Shown: piece after piece, positions 29,504 through 40,116 of the stretch
How the letters are laid out: each line of letters begins with the position of its first letter
How positions within the stretch are numbered: position 1 is the stretch's first letter
DNA from: Patescibacteria group bacterium
Lineage (GTDB): Bacteria; Patescibacteriota; Patescibacteriia; SG8-24; DYFX01
Direction: 5' to 3'
Length of the DNA stretch: 64,000 bases
Assembly: GCA_038062835.1 (NCBI GenBank)
Contig: JBBTWH010000001.1
Location: 42,982 to 106,981 of the forward strand
Translations under genes and position numbers: made by a program
The notes under the pieces: generated by a model
What the model was told of the DNA's origin: nothing
Seen by the model: only the letters and a program-made list of their open reading frames with translations
Databases searched by the model: none

Positions 29504-29755
29504 TCAGTATGGTTCAAAAGGATTGTCGCGTCCCGTGCGCCCTGGGACGAGCGGGAGCTCGACCGGCAAGCGTAGCCGCGCATATTCCGGATGTTCCATG
29601 ACGGCCCTGGGGATGGAGGCGTCGACCGCCTTGGGCTGGTACGGAACCACGGTCAGTTTTTCCGGCGAAAAGACGAAAATGCCGAGCACGATGACGATGG
29701 CCGCCACGATGCCGCCGAGCAGGATCATCTGTTTCTGGCTTTTCTTCAGGTTCAT
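29504..29755 (-). CDS. Small membrane protein, PilP-like position
   Basis: TM helix and C-terminal GR.NPF motif. Confidence 0.65.
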   Translation of the reverse strand: MNLKKSQKQMILLGGIVAAIVIVLGIFVFSPEKLTVVPYQPKAVDASIPRAVMEHPEYARLRLPVELPLVPGRTGRDNPFEPY

Positions 29756-30339
29756 AGGCGTGCCGTCGGTTTGCCCGCAGTCCAGACGTAGGCGCGGATC
29801 GTCAGGCCGTAGCTCGCGCCCAGCGGATTGATGCTGGCGCTGCGGACGTCGAACAATCGGAGGTTGGATTCGAGGCCTTCGAGGAACAGCTTGAAGCGCT
29901 GATAGTTGCCGTGCTGGAGCGAGACGGCGATATTAAGCGCCCCGAGCCCTTGCACCCCCGGCAGACCCGTCATGTCGCCGGCGGCGAAGTTGATGGACGT
30001 AAGCTGAAGGTCGCTGGAGCGCGCGGCGGCCTCGAATATCGCCAAGAGACCCGGCGTGTCCTCCTCTGTCGGTATCATCGCGCGGATGCGTTCGACGTCC
30101 TCGGCGTCATACGAGTCGTACGCCGCCTTCAGCTCGTCCAGCTTCTTGAGATACGCCTCCTTAGCGAGACGCTCTTCCTGCAGCCGCATCGTGCGATCCG
30201 CTTGTCGGATACGCGCGAATTCCGGACGGAAGACGAACAGGAAACCGAGGCCAAGGAGGACGGCGACGAGCGCTGAGCCGGCCGGCAGGAGATTCTTGCC
30301 GATCCAGACGAGCGCCTTGCTTTGAGAAAATGAAGCCAT
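29752..30339 (-). CDS. pilO: PilO-like protein
   Basis: TM, coiled coil, G.Y..FK.FL..LE...RL; synteny. Confidence 0.8.
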   Translation of the reverse strand: MASFSQSKALVWIGKNLLPAGSALVAVLLGLGFLFVFRPEFARIRQADRTMRLQEERLAKEAYLKKLDELKAAYDSYDAEDVERIRAMIPTEEDTPGLLAIFEAAARSSDLQLTSINFAAGDMTGLPGVQGLGALNIAVSLQHGNYQRFKLFLEGLESNLRLFDVRSASINPLGASYGLTIRAYVWTAGKPTARL

Positions 30340-30340
30340 A

Positions 30341-31282
30341 TCAAGGCGCAGTTTCAGACGCGGCCGCTTCCGCCTTGAAATCGAAGATGGCGGGATCGAC
30401 CGTCAGCGTCATCGACGTGCGCGCGCCCTTCAGGAGGTCGTTCTCCGCGAAATCAGCGGAGGCCGTTCCGGCCGTGACCTTCCGCACGCGGGGGTCTTCG
30501 CGGAAGGCGATGATCTGCTTGGCCAGGGTCGTGTAATCGCTGGCGCGCACCTCGAAGCTTAGCGTGCCCGTATCGGCGCCGGCCAAGCTTCCGAACTGTA
30601 CGTTGGGAAGCGCGCGCTCTTCCATGAGCTTCAGGACCTGCGTCCAATGTTCGTGGTTCTCGAGCACGACGGCGGCGGTCTTGACGAGTCCCTGGAAATC
30701 GCGCACGGGCACGAGCGCGGATTCGCGGGCGGAAATCTGCGCGTCCATGTCGCGGACCGAGAGCTCGGCCTGCGCGTCGCGCTTCTCGACGACGGAGCGG
30801 TAGTACGCCAGGCCGCCATAGATCAGGCCGTCGAGCACGATGCCGAGCAGTCCGATCAGCGCGAAGGTCCTGAGCCGGCGGCGCAGGGCGACCTCGGACA
30901 TGCCGGCGCCGCCGCCCGAGGTGATGAGGCTGACGCGCAGCGTGTCGCTCCCCTTCTCTTCCTGAGGTTTAGGAGAAGGCGGCAGAGGCGATTTCGGAGG
31001 TGGCGTCGCGGCTGGCTTCGGCGGCGGGGGGAGCGGGGGCGTGGGCGGCTTCGGAGCCGCCGGTTTCGGCGGGAGCGCAGGGACCTTCTGGCTCAAGAGA
31101 GACGCTGCGGGGGCAGCGGCAAGCTTCGGCGGCGGAGCGGGGGCGGCGACTTTCGGTTCCGGGACGTCCGGGAGAGGCTCCGGTACGTGCAACGCCAACT
31201 CATCGGCGAGCGGCTTCGCGCCGCCCGCGGACTTTTCATCCTTGCGGGCGCCCGGCTCCGATAGGAAGTTGATGTCGCTCAT
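30341..31282 (-). CDS. pilN: PilN-like protein with Pro-rich N-terminus
   Basis: INFL motif, TM, coiled coil; lies between pilM and pilO. Confidence 0.72.
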   Translation of the reverse strand: MSDINFLSEPGARKDEKSAGGAKPLADELALHVPEPLPDVPEPKVAAPAPPPKLAAAPAASLLSQKVPALPPKPAAPKPPTPPLPPPPKPAATPPPKSPLPPSPKPQEEKGSDTLRVSLITSGGGAGMSEVALRRRLRTFALIGLLGIVLDGLIYGGLAYYRSVVEKRDAQAELSVRDMDAQISARESALVPVRDFQGLVKTAAVVLENHEHWTQVLKLMEERALPNVQFGSLAGADTGTLSFEVRASDYTTLAKQIIAFREDPRVRKVTAGTASADFAENDLLKGARTSMTLTVDPAIFDFKAEAAASETAP

Positions 31283-31291
31283 AGCGTCGCG

Positions 31292-32350
31292 CTAATCGAT
31301 GTCGCGCATGGCGAGCCCGACGGACACGCCGAACCGCGATCCGATCTGGTTGAGGACGGGACGCAGGGCCTCCGGATAGACCACGCGCGCCCAGGGATCT
31401 CCGACGTAGACGCGGAGGCTCATCGCTTTCGCGAGATAGTCGGCGAGCTGCGGCAGGAGCGCTCCGCCGCCGGTCAGGATGATCTTGTCGAGACGCTTGT
31501 CCTGGTTGGTCTTCTGGCCGAGGAACAGGTTCGTGGAATACGTGAGCTCCGTCAGGATCGGCGCGAAAACCTTCTCGAAGAGCTTGGGGAAACCGGCGTT
31601 ATACATCGACGCCATGGAAGCCGCGTCGATCTTCATGCTCTCGGCCTGGTCCACCGGCACGCCGAGGGCGGCGGACATCTCCTTGGTGACCGTCAGTCCT
31701 CCGAGCGAGACGGAGCGGCTGACGAACGGGATGCCGTGTTCGACGATCATGATGTTGGTGCGGAGCGTGCCGATGTCCAGGACCAGCGTCGGCGACTTGT
31801 CGCGCCCGATGAGAGAACGGATCATCGCCAGGGCCTCCGTCTCGAGGCTCGTCAGCTCGAGCCCGGCCGCGTTGAAGATGTCGGAATACTTCTTGATGAG
31901 GGACTTGGCGGCGCCCGTCAGCAGGATCTGGACGTATTTATCGTCAGGGCTCTGAGGGCCGACGGTGACCGGCTTCCAATCGACGGTCATCTCCTCGATC
32001 GGAAGCGGGATGAGCTTCTTGGCCTGCCACATGACCGCCTGCTCGAGATCCTCGCGCTTGGCGGTCTTCTGCACGCTGATGATGGAGCTGAATACCGAAG
32101 AAATCGGAAGGGCCGAGACGGCCTTGCGGCTGGTCGTCTTGGCCTTCTTGAGCATCTTTTTAAGGAGGTCGGCGGTGCCGGCAGCGTCGTCGATGTAGTT
32201 GCGCGTCATCTCGTCTACAGGACGGTCGACGAACGCGTAGGTCATGAGGCGCGCACGCCCCTTCTCGTTCAAGAGCTCGACGAGCTTCACGCCGCCGCCG
32301 CCGAAATCGATTCCGAGATAGCTGGGTCTTGATTGGCCGAACAATGCCAT
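31292..32350 (-). CDS. pilM: Type IV pilus assembly protein PilM
   Basis: GID.G...VK.VEL, LDIG...T, IILTGGGA, GLAMR. Confidence 0.93.
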   Translation of the reverse strand: MALFGQSRPSYLGIDFGGGGVKLVELLNEKGRARLMTYAFVDRPVDEMTRNYIDDAAGTADLLKKMLKKAKTTSRKAVSALPISSVFSSIISVQKTAKREDLEQAVMWQAKKLIPLPIEEMTVDWKPVTVGPQSPDDKYVQILLTGAAKSLIKKYSDIFNAAGLELTSLETEALAMIRSLIGRDKSPTLVLDIGTLRTNIMIVEHGIPFVSRSVSLGGLTVTKEMSAALGVPVDQAESMKIDAASMASMYNAGFPKLFEKVFAPILTELTYSTNLFLGQKTNQDKRLDKIILTGGGALLPQLADYLAKAMSLRVYVGDPWARVVYPEALRPVLNQIGSRFGVSVGLAMRDID

Positions 32351-32433
32351 ATCCTCCTCAGTGAATAGGTTCCTTCTCAGTATACCACACCGGCCTAAAC
32401 CCGCCTTACCGCGTCGTTCGCGAACGACGCGGC

Positions 32434-35400
32434 TTATCGCCCGGCGGTCGAACGGAAGCCTGGGAGCGAGCGGGTGGCGTCCGAAAGGCCCGGCGGGGGG
32501 TTCAGGATGACGCGGGCATCGAAGATGACGCGCTCGGAGCCTGAGGTGCGCGAGGCGTATTCCCGCTTGAACTCGAACTTCTTGGCGACGAACACGCCGG
32601 TGGCCTCGAACGGCGTCGTGCCGCCTCCGGTGTCGATCGTCTCCTCCGCGAAGAACGCGCCGACGGAACGATTGACCGTGGGGCCGACGTAGACATTGCC
32701 GCCGCCGGCGCCGTCTCTGAGCACGATCCAGCCGATCGAGGCCAGGTTCTTCAGGTCGCTCTCGTTGCGGTCCTGGTAGGTCAGGTCGCCGTCGATGACG
32801 AGGTCGCCTTTCACGATCACGAGGCCGTTGGCTCGCGCCGCTCCGGACGAGTTCTTGAACTCGATCGGCGCGCCGATCGTCAGCCCGGACGGGAAGTAAT
32901 AGATCTTGCCGTCGAGCCGGTCAGGCAACGAGCCTGGCTGCAGCAGCGCGCCGTACTTGCCGTTCAGGATGCCGTTCACGTCGATCGCGCCGAAGGAACC
33001 GACGTAGTTCTTCTCCGGCTTGGGAATCTCGTAGACGGTGGATCCTGACAATGCGCAGCCGAGCTCGCTCGTGAAGTTGGTGATGAGGCCGCCCGACTGC
33101 AGACAGTAGGTGGCGTTGTAGATGGGCGGCGCCTCCCCCGCCTGGATCTCGCCGCCGGAATAGACCTGTCCGGAAACGGTCTCGACGAACGGTTTCACGA
33201 GCGCCTTGCATTCGTTCGAGAGGCAGTCCGCGTTCGAGAAGCAGCAGCTGCCCTCGTCCGGAGCGCCTGCGCCGCAGGCGCCCCAGTCGAGACTGCAGAC
33301 GCCGATGGCGGAAGTGACCGGCGGCGAGCAGTCCGCATCGACGGCGCAGTTCACGGTGCACATCGGCTGGTCGACGATCACGCACAGGTCATCGCCCGCG
33401 CAGTCCGTATCCGCGGAACAGACGCCGCCGGGGGTGAGGTCGTCAGGAGATTCGCCGCAGTACTTGTATTTGCAGCGTCCGACGAGCCCGGCTTCGCAGG
33501 AATCTCCGATGCCGTTGGCGTTCTCGTCGCGCTGATTGGGATTATGGAAGTTGATGCAGTTGTCGCAGGCGCGCGGGAACGGCGCCCCGAAATACGTCGG
33601 CGTCGGCGGCGAGGCGTAGCCCGTCGGGGTGAAGCGTCCCTCGGGCGTCCCATCGACATCGACGTCGGCGTCCGCGCACGCGCCGGTGCCGACGTCGGCG
33701 TTCTCGCACTTCAGGAACGACTGCGCGTTGGAACGCACGATGTCGCCGCTCGAGTCGGTCGCCTCGACGAAAATCCAATAGCGGCCAGCCGCCAGGGCTG
33801 CCGGCACCGCGTAGACGCCCTGGCATGTCAGGGTCGTGCCGAGCGCGGTCGGGATCATCGTGGCCGTGCCTGCGATGCCGCCGACCCAATCCTGGTCGTA
33901 GACGTAGACGCGGCAGGTCGCGACGACCGGGAAGGTGCTGAGCGTGTCGGTGCGGAACTTGGTCGTCAGGCTGACGTCCTCGGTCCCGCGGTAGGTGAGG
34001 ACGGTCGAGCCGTTGACGTCCGTGCCGAGCACGAGGTTCTCGTCGACCGACGGGACGACGTTGACGTCGATCGTCTGCGTCGAAGTCGCGCTCACGTTGG
34101 CGGCGCCGTCGAGCGCCGCGGCGGCGATGTCGTACGCGGCGTTGTCGTTGGCGAACGGTCCGACCGTCGCGACGCAGTTGCCGTCCGGCGAGGTATAGCC
34201 CGCGCCTTCGAGATCGAACTCGCAACGGCAGATGCCGGACGGGTCGGCGTTCGGCGTCGCCTGGAGGCGGACGGTGGCGCCGACGGGCACGCTGACCTTG
34301 CCCGCCACGATGCCCTCGACCTCGACCGCCGGAGCCGGCAGGGTCGGGGCAGAATGTTCAAAGACCTGCACCGACGGCGTCGCCTCGCCGAACTCGACGG
34401 AGCCGGAGCGGTTCGCGACGGTCGAGATCTTGTAGTCCTCAGGGCCGAGCGGTACGGCCGAAGAGCTTGCGCAGCTCAGCGTCACGTCGAATCCGGCGAC
34501 CGTCTCTCCGTATTTCTCCGTGATGACGCCCACGCCGGAAGAAGGGCTGGCGTACTGCAGTTGCGAAGCGCCCGCGCCGGAAAGCGAACAGTTGCCGGCG
34601 CCGGCGTCGAACGGGAATGCGTTGGCGGCCACGGCACCGTCGCCGATGACGATGGTGAGCGAGGTGTAGCTGCCCGAGCCGGTGAAGCGGATGCGGTAGG
34701 CGGAACTCGCGTAGATACGGTCGTCATGGGCATAAAGCGTGTTGCCGCCGGAGACGATCGGCGCGAGCGCGGTCGTATGCGGCACGTCGGGACAGCTCGC
34801 CGCCAGGGTCCAGCCGCCGGCGCCCGGACGCTGCTTGCACTGGACGCCGTCCTGACAAGCCGCGTCGAAGCAATCGGCGCCGGCGTCCGAATCGTTGTTC
34901 GCTCCGTCGTGACAGGTGACCGCGCCGGACTCCGCGCCGCAGAAATAGGGGCTGGACGCGACGGAGCCTACGGTCGGCCCGTGCCGCTGGGCCGGAGCCG
35001 TGCAGCCGACGTCGGCGCAGTCTATCTGGCCGTCGCCGTCGTTATCGATGCCGTCGCCGCAATAGTCCGCGTCGTTCTCGGAGGCGGAGCAGATGGCGAC
35101 GTCGGTGGCGAGCGTCGCGTACTGGGATCCGCAGGCGGACGTCGTGCAGCCCGAGCGTCCGATCTTGCGGTTCGCGCGGCATTCTGCGTCCGCGCAGTCG
35201 ATCACGGTATCGAGATCGTCGTCCACGGCGTCGCTGCATGAAAGGAACGTGTAGTCCTCCTGGCCGGGACTTGGTCCGCACTGGCCGAAAACGTTCCGGC
35301 AGTCTGGATCGAACTCGTCGATCAGCGCGTTGCCGTCGTTGTCGATGCCGTCGTCGCAGAGATTGAAATAGAAGGCGGGCAGGACCGTGCCGTCGCCGAG

Positions 35401-36633
35401 AGGGCTGGGCGGCAGATACGCCTCGAAGCTCGCGCAGGAACTGGCGCCGAAGGAAGCGCCGAGACAGTCGATGTCGGCGCAGTCGACGTCCTCGTCGAGG
35501 TCGTCGTCGAGTCCGTCGAAGCACTGCGCCGGCGCATCGACGAACGTGCCTGAACCGATATCCCAGCGCATGCGCTCGTCGACCGTGCAATTCCCCTGGC
35601 CTTCGCAATCGTAATCGCGGCAGTCGATGCCTGTGCCTGCGCTCGTATCGACGGCGGAGCCGTAGTCCTGATCGCGGTCGTTGTCGATGTCGTCGACGCA
35701 GGATATCTCGACGGCGGCGCAATCCTGGAAGCCGCTCTTCCAGCAGCCGGTGCCTGGATCGTCGTCGGCGCAGTCGAGCTCGCCGTTGCCGTCGTTGTCG
35801 AACGCGTCGGCGCAGTTCGCGTGCGCGGCGCCGGCGTTCTCGGAACCGCAGAACTTCGTGCCTGCGAGGTTGCCTGGGCGGCCGTTGCAGAGCGGGTCGG
35901 CGCAGTCGAGCTCGCCGTTGCCGTCGTTGTCGAGGCCGTCGTTGCAGGTCTGCTCCGGAGACTCGCAGACCTGCGTCGGGCTGATGCTTTCACCCGTGCA
36001 ATCCGAATCGGCGCAGTCCAGGCGATAGTCCAGGTCGTTGTCGACGCCGTCGTAGCACTGCCGGTGCGACGGCCCGAATAGCGCGGAGAGCGAGGCGCCC
36101 TCGTCGCGGTTCGAGGGAGAAGACGCGTCGAGGTACACGCTGAACGGACCGACGATCTGCGTCGCTCCGTATTGCGAGAGCTCAAGCGTGATGGAAATCG
36201 TGCCCGGTACCGGCGAGACGTAGCGGAGGTCCTGCGTGAAATCATACGTCACGCCGGCCGCGCTGGAACCAGACGATCGTTCGATGATGGTCTTGGGGAT
36301 GTTGACGGCCTGGTCGGGCGGCAGGCTGGCGACAGGGCTCGGATTCTTCAGCGAAGCGTTGCCGGAAAAGGCCTTGTCGACGGTGATCTTGAAGCGCACA
36401 GGGTCGGCGTCCGCGGAGTACGGACCGCTCGTGAAACGGACCTTGAGGCTGGCGTCGCCCTCCTCATGGTTCTGCGTCCAGGCGTATGCGACGACCTGAC
36501 CGCCGACCGAGACGTTCCCCGCGCATACGTTTCCCGCGCATGAAGGATTCATGACCGCCTGGGCCGGCAGGAACTCGCGCCAGAACAGTCCGGCGGCGAC
36601 GGCGAGCGCGATGATCCAAAAACGGGTCTTCAT
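32434..36633 (-). CDS. Large secreted Cys/Asp-rich repeat protein, candidate pilus-associated adhesin
   Basis: Signal peptide; about nine CxDGxDNDxDGxxDCxD modules; TSP3-like DNC...NPNQ.D...GIGDSC. Confidence 0.8.
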   Translation of the reverse strand: MKTRFWIIALAVAAGLFWREFLPAQAVMNPSCAGNVCAGNVSVGGQVVAYAWTQNHEEGDASLKVRFTSGPYSADADPVRFKITVDKAFSGNASLKNPSPVASLPPDQAVNIPKTIIERSSGSSAAGVTYDFTQDLRYVSPVPGTISITLELSQYGATQIVGPFSVYLDASSPSNRDEGASLSALFGPSHRQCYDGVDNDLDYRLDCADSDCTGESISPTQVCESPEQTCNDGLDNDGNGELDCADPLCNGRPGNLAGTKFCGSENAGAAHANCADAFDNDGNGELDCADDDPGTGCWKSGFQDCAAVEISCVDDIDNDRDQDYGSAVDTSAGTGIDCRDYDCEGQGNCTVDERMRWDIGSGTFVDAPAQCFDGLDDDLDEDVDCADIDCLGASFGASSCASFEAYLPPSPLGDGTVLPAFYFNLCDDGIDNDGNALIDEFDPDCRNVFGQCGPSPGQEDYTFLSCSDAVDDDLDTVIDCADAECRANRKIGRSGCTTSACGSQYATLATDVAICSASENDADYCGDGIDNDGDGQIDCADVGCTAPAQRHGPTVGSVASSPYFCGAESGAVTCHDGANNDSDAGADCFDAACQDGVQCKQRPGAGGWTLAASCPDVPHTTALAPIVSGGNTLYAHDDRIYASSAYRIRFTGSGSYTSLTIVIGDGAVAANAFPFDAGAGNCSLSGAGASQLQYASPSSGVGVITEKYGETVAGFDVTLSCASSSAVPLGPEDYKISTVANRSGSVEFGEATPSVQVFEHSAPTLPAPAVEVEGIVAGKVSVPVGATVRLQATPNADPSGICRCEFDLEGAGYTSPDGNCVATVGPFANDNAAYDIAAAALDGAANVSATSTQTIDVNVVPSVDENLVLGTDVNGSTVLTYRGTEDVSLTTKFRTDTLSTFPVVATCRVYVYDQDWVGGIAGTATMIPTALGTTLTCQGVYAVPAALAAGRYWIFVEATDSSGDIVRSNAQSFLKCENADVGTGACADADVDVDGTPEGRFTPTGYASPPTPTYFGAPFPRACDNCINFHNPNQRDENANGIGDSCEAGLVGRCKYKYCGESPDDLTPGGVCSADTDCAGDDLCVIVDQPMCTVNCAVDADCSPPVTSAIGVCSLDWGACGAGAPDEGSCCFSNADCLSNECKALVKPFVETVSGQVYSGGEIQAGEAPPIYNATYCLQSGGLITNFTSELGCALSGSTVYEIPKPEKNYVGSFGAIDVNGILNGKYGALLQPGSLPDRLDGKIYYFPSGLTIGAPIEFKNSSGAARANGLVIVKGDLVIDGDLTYQDRNESDLKNLASIGWIVLRDGAGGGNVYVGPTVNRSVGAFFAEETIDTGGGTTPFEATGVFVAKKFEFKREYASRTSGSERVIFDARVILNPPPGLSDATRSLPGFRSTAGR

Positions 36634-38051
36634 GGGCGAGGAGGCTGAGGCGAGGACGCGGGCGGGTGCGTGATGCAGAGATACGTGATGCCGCGGCAGT
36701 TACGGTCCGGTACGGTCGCAGGAGTGCCCCCGGCGCAGTCGCGCTGGAGGTTGGCGTCGTCGTCGACGCCGTCGTAGCAGCGGATCTCTACGGGAATGCC
36801 GCGCGCCCTCAGCAGGGTGAAAGCGAGGTCGCCCTCGGTGTCGCACTGCGCGACGTTCGCGTCCGGGTCGGTGTTCTCGAAATAAGCCCTCGACGGATCG
36901 GTGTCGGCGTTGCCGTCCAGGCAGTATTTCGCGCGCACGGAGTCGACTGAATTCGCGCCCGCGGCGCCGGCGAACGTCCACGTCGAAGGATGGACCGCGA
37001 CGTTGCGCGAGACGGCCTTCACCTCCGGCGGCGTCGCCTGGATCTCGCAGCCGAACGGCGGATCAGGCAACTGCGAGCTGAACGACCAGAGAACCGGGTT
37101 TCCCGAGCCGTCCACGACGGCATCGCCGCCAGTCATGGCGTATGAGATCGAATACGTCGGGACCAGCGCCTGACGCGTCGTGACGGTATGCAAAAGTTCG
37201 CGATGCGTCCCGTTTGACATCTGGAAGACGCAGCGGATGATCGCGCCTGCCGGCGCGGAGAATCCGTTGAAGACGACGGGAATGTCGGTCAGCGCCGACG
37301 TGCTGGGCGCCGGCGAGTAGACGCCTTCGATAGGATCGATGTCGTCGGTCCAGCCGGTGTCGACGAACGTGCTTCGAGCGCCCCAAGCCCCGGGCGCCGC
37401 GCAGGAGGAGAACGGCGTACCGCAGCCGAACTTGATCCAGCCTGAACCGCTGGCGTCGCCGTTGCCGTTCCAGGCGTAGCCGTTGAACTCGCCGGCGGGC
37501 TGAGTGGCGTCCTCGTCGTACTCGACGGCGTAGTCGGAGCTCGGGCAGGAATGCGGCGATGCGGTGTTCGTGCCGACATCGGTGCAGTTGAGGGAAATCC
37601 AGCCGCGGTAGTTCGCGCCGTCCGTCATGCTGATGACGTAAGCCCAGCCGTGGATCTCCTGGTCGGTGGTGTCGTAATACGCGCACGGGACGAATCCGGG
37701 GCAATAATGGTCCGCCGCGCTGACCGGACTCGAAGGCGTACCGCCAGGAGGCGCCCCGGCCGCGCCGTCGCATGTCGCGCCGAAACAGATCCAGCCCGCA
37801 GTGGTCGACCAGGCCCAGCCCGAAAGGTTGTTGTCGTCATCGAAATCAAGGCCGTAATCCCCTCCTGCGCCGACGCATCCGGTGCCGGGATTGTTGCAGT
37901 CCATCGAGATCCAGCCGAGCGAACCGGACCACGCCCAGCCGCTGACGTTATGGACGGCGGCCTCCGCGGAGCGCGGGATGAGCAGTAATACGAAGACGCC
38001 CACGCCGAAAACGAGGGAGGTCAGTCTGGCGGAAAGCCCGGACGTTCCCAT
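36630..38051 (-). CDS. Secreted protein with repeated GWAWS..GWI motifs
   Basis: Signal peptide; several G(W/Y)A(W/Y)...GWI repeats; one CYDGVDDD module; stop overlaps next start. Confidence 0.8.
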   Translation of the reverse strand: MGTSGLSARLTSLVFGVGVFVLLLIPRSAEAAVHNVSGWAWSGSLGWISMDCNNPGTGCVGAGGDYGLDFDDDNNLSGWAWSTTAGWICFGATCDGAAGAPPGGTPSSPVSAADHYCPGFVPCAYYDTTDQEIHGWAYVISMTDGANYRGWISLNCTDVGTNTASPHSCPSSDYAVEYDEDATQPAGEFNGYAWNGNGDASGSGWIKFGCGTPFSSCAAPGAWGARSTFVDTGWTDDIDPIEGVYSPAPSTSALTDIPVVFNGFSAPAGAIIRCVFQMSNGTHRELLHTVTTRQALVPTYSISYAMTGGDAVVDGSGNPVLWSFSSQLPDPPFGCEIQATPPEVKAVSRNVAVHPSTWTFAGAAGANSVDSVRAKYCLDGNADTDPSRAYFENTDPDANVAQCDTEGDLAFTLLRARGIPVEIRCYDGVDDDANLQRDCAGGTPATVPDRNCRGITYLCITHPPASSPQPPRP

Positions 38052-38134
38052 ACGGCCTTATTCTACAGGAATTGACGCTCCCTCGCACGGCCCTCACAAT
38101 GGGGACATCTGCCTTAATCGAGTAGCGCCGTATC

Positions 38135-39949
38135 ATGCCTTCCAAGACCGAAAAAACCGGGGCCGAAAACGTCCGCTGGGACCTCTCGTTCCTCTATAAA
38201 GGGATCGATGACCCGAGGCTCACGACCGACCTCGACGAGGTCGTGAAGCACTGCCGTTCGTTCAACAAGCGCTTCCGCGGCAAGCTCGGGACCGACCTGG
38301 GCGACGCTCTGCGCGCCTACGCCGACATCTCGGCCCAGAGCATGAAGATCGGCGTCTACCTCTTCCTCTCGAAGAGCGTCGACCTCTCGAACGCGAAGTT
38401 GAACGCCAAGCGCGCCGAGGTCGACCGCGTCATGAACGACGCCTCGGGGGAGCACCTGACGTTCTTCACGCTCGAGCTCGTCGACATTCCGGAGGCCGAC
38501 ATCGCGCGCCAGGCCAAGTCCGACGCCTTCGTCGCGAAGCACCGCCCCTGGATCGATCACGCGCGCCTCTTCAAGCCGCATCTGCTCAGCGAGCAGGTCG
38601 AGGGCGCGCTCACCAAGCGCGAGAGCTTCGGTCCCGGCGCCTGGAGCGACTTCTTCGACGAGGTCGAGGCCGACCTGAGCTTCAAGCTCGGGAACGACAA
38701 GATGACGCTGACGGAGATCCTGCACGTCGTGAACGACGACGCGAGCGCCGTGCGTCGCGCCAGGACCCTCAAGGTCCTGAACGACGGCCTGGGCGGACCC
38801 TTCGCCAAGTACGCCGCGCAGACGCTCTGGCAGACGGCCGGCGGCAACGACCTGGAAAACAAGGAGCGGGGCTACAAGCACCCGATGCAGGGCCGCAACA
38901 TGGGTAACCGCATCCCGGACAAGGTCGTCGAGGCCTTGCACGAAGCGGTCACCGATGTCGCCGGACCCTTGGCCCGCCGCTGGTACCGCTTGAAAGCCAA
39001 GCTTTTGGGCCTCAAACGCCTCCGGTGGAGCGATCGCAATGCGCATCTGCCTTTCGAGGACAAGAGCCTCGTGCCGTTCGACGTCGCCCAGCGCGAGATC
39101 GTCCTTCCGGCCTACCGGAGCTTCAGCCCGACGCTCGCCAAGCTCATCGAAGAGATGGTGAAGGAGCGGCGCATCGACGCGCCGGCCGGGCCGAACCGCG
39201 AGAGCGGCGCCTACTGCTACTCGATCGTGCTCCCCGACGGCAAACCGATCTCGTTCAACTTCCTGAACTACAAAGGATCGAAGCGCGACGTGATGACGAT
39301 CGCGCACGAGGAAGGCCACGCCGTCCATGGCCTCCTGGCCGGAGAGTCGCAGGGCGTCCTCCAGCAGCACGCGCCGATGGCCTACGCCGAGACGGCCAGC
39401 GTCTTCGGCGAGATGACGACCTTCGAGTTCCTCCGCGCCCGCATGCCGAAGGACGACCCGAAGGCCTCGCTGGCGCTGGTCGCCGGCAAGATCGACGATA
39501 TGCTGAACACCGTCGTGCGGCAGATAAGCTTCTCGAACTTCGAGCGCGCGCTCCATGGCGCGGGCAAGAAGCTGGCGGCCTCGGACCTCGACGCGCTCTG
39601 GATGGAGGCCACGCGCAAGATGTACGGCAAGGACGGCGATGTCTTCGACTACGCCGACATGTCGCACCTCTGGGCGTACATCTCGCACTTCCACCGGCCG
39701 TTCTACGTCTACAGCTACGCATTCGGCGAACTGCTGACGCAGAGCCTCTACGCCAAGCGGGAGGCCTACGGCAAGAAGTTCGAGCCGTTGTACCTCGACC
39801 TCCTGCGCGCCGGCTCCACCAAGGACGCCGTCGGCCTGCTCAAGCCCTTCGGGCTCGATCCGACCGACCCGACGTTCTTCGCGGATGGCGTCACGGGCAG
39901 CCTCGGCAAGCTCGTGGCCGAGGCGGAAAAGCTGGCGAAGAAAATCTAG
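38135..39949 (+). CDS. pepF: M3 family oligoendopeptidase F
   Basis: WDLS.LY, AHEEGH zinc motif, AETAS.F.E, HF..PFYVYSY. Confidence 0.92.
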   Translation: MPSKTEKTGAENVRWDLSFLYKGIDDPRLTTDLDEVVKHCRSFNKRFRGKLGTDLGDALRAYADISAQSMKIGVYLFLSKSVDLSNAKLNAKRAEVDRVMNDASGEHLTFFTLELVDIPEADIARQAKSDAFVAKHRPWIDHARLFKPHLLSEQVEGALTKRESFGPGAWSDFFDEVEADLSFKLGNDKMTLTEILHVVNDDASAVRRARTLKVLNDGLGGPFAKYAAQTLWQTAGGNDLENKERGYKHPMQGRNMGNRIPDKVVEALHEAVTDVAGPLARRWYRLKAKLLGLKRLRWSDRNAHLPFEDKSLVPFDVAQREIVLPAYRSFSPTLAKLIEEMVKERRIDAPAGPNRESGAYCYSIVLPDGKPISFNFLNYKGSKRDVMTIAHEEGHAVHGLLAGESQGVLQQHAPMAYAETASVFGEMTTFEFLRARMPKDDPKASLALVAGKIDDMLNTVVRQISFSNFERALHGAGKKLAASDLDALWMEATRKMYGKDGDVFDYADMSHLWAYISHFHRPFYVYSYAFGELLTQSLYAKREAYGKKFEPLYLDLLRAGSTKDAVGLLKPFGLDPTDPTFFADGVTGSLGKLVAEAEKLAKKI

Positions 39950-39954
39950 GACGA

Positions 39955-39983
39955 AAAATCCCGACGGCCTCCGTCGGGATTTT
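39955..39983 (+). terminator. Intrinsic terminator
   Basis: AAAATCCCGACGG-cct-CCGTCGGGATTTT. Confidence 0.75.
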
Positions 39984-40116
39984 CATTTTGCATATACCAC
40001 CCCGGCGAAGGATGGAGCCCACGCGCTTCGTCATCAGATACAAACTCACCTGATGAAAAAGTATCAGATGAAAATCCTTCTTGAAATCAAGGGAGGGGCA
40101 GGCGCGTGTTTGACGT

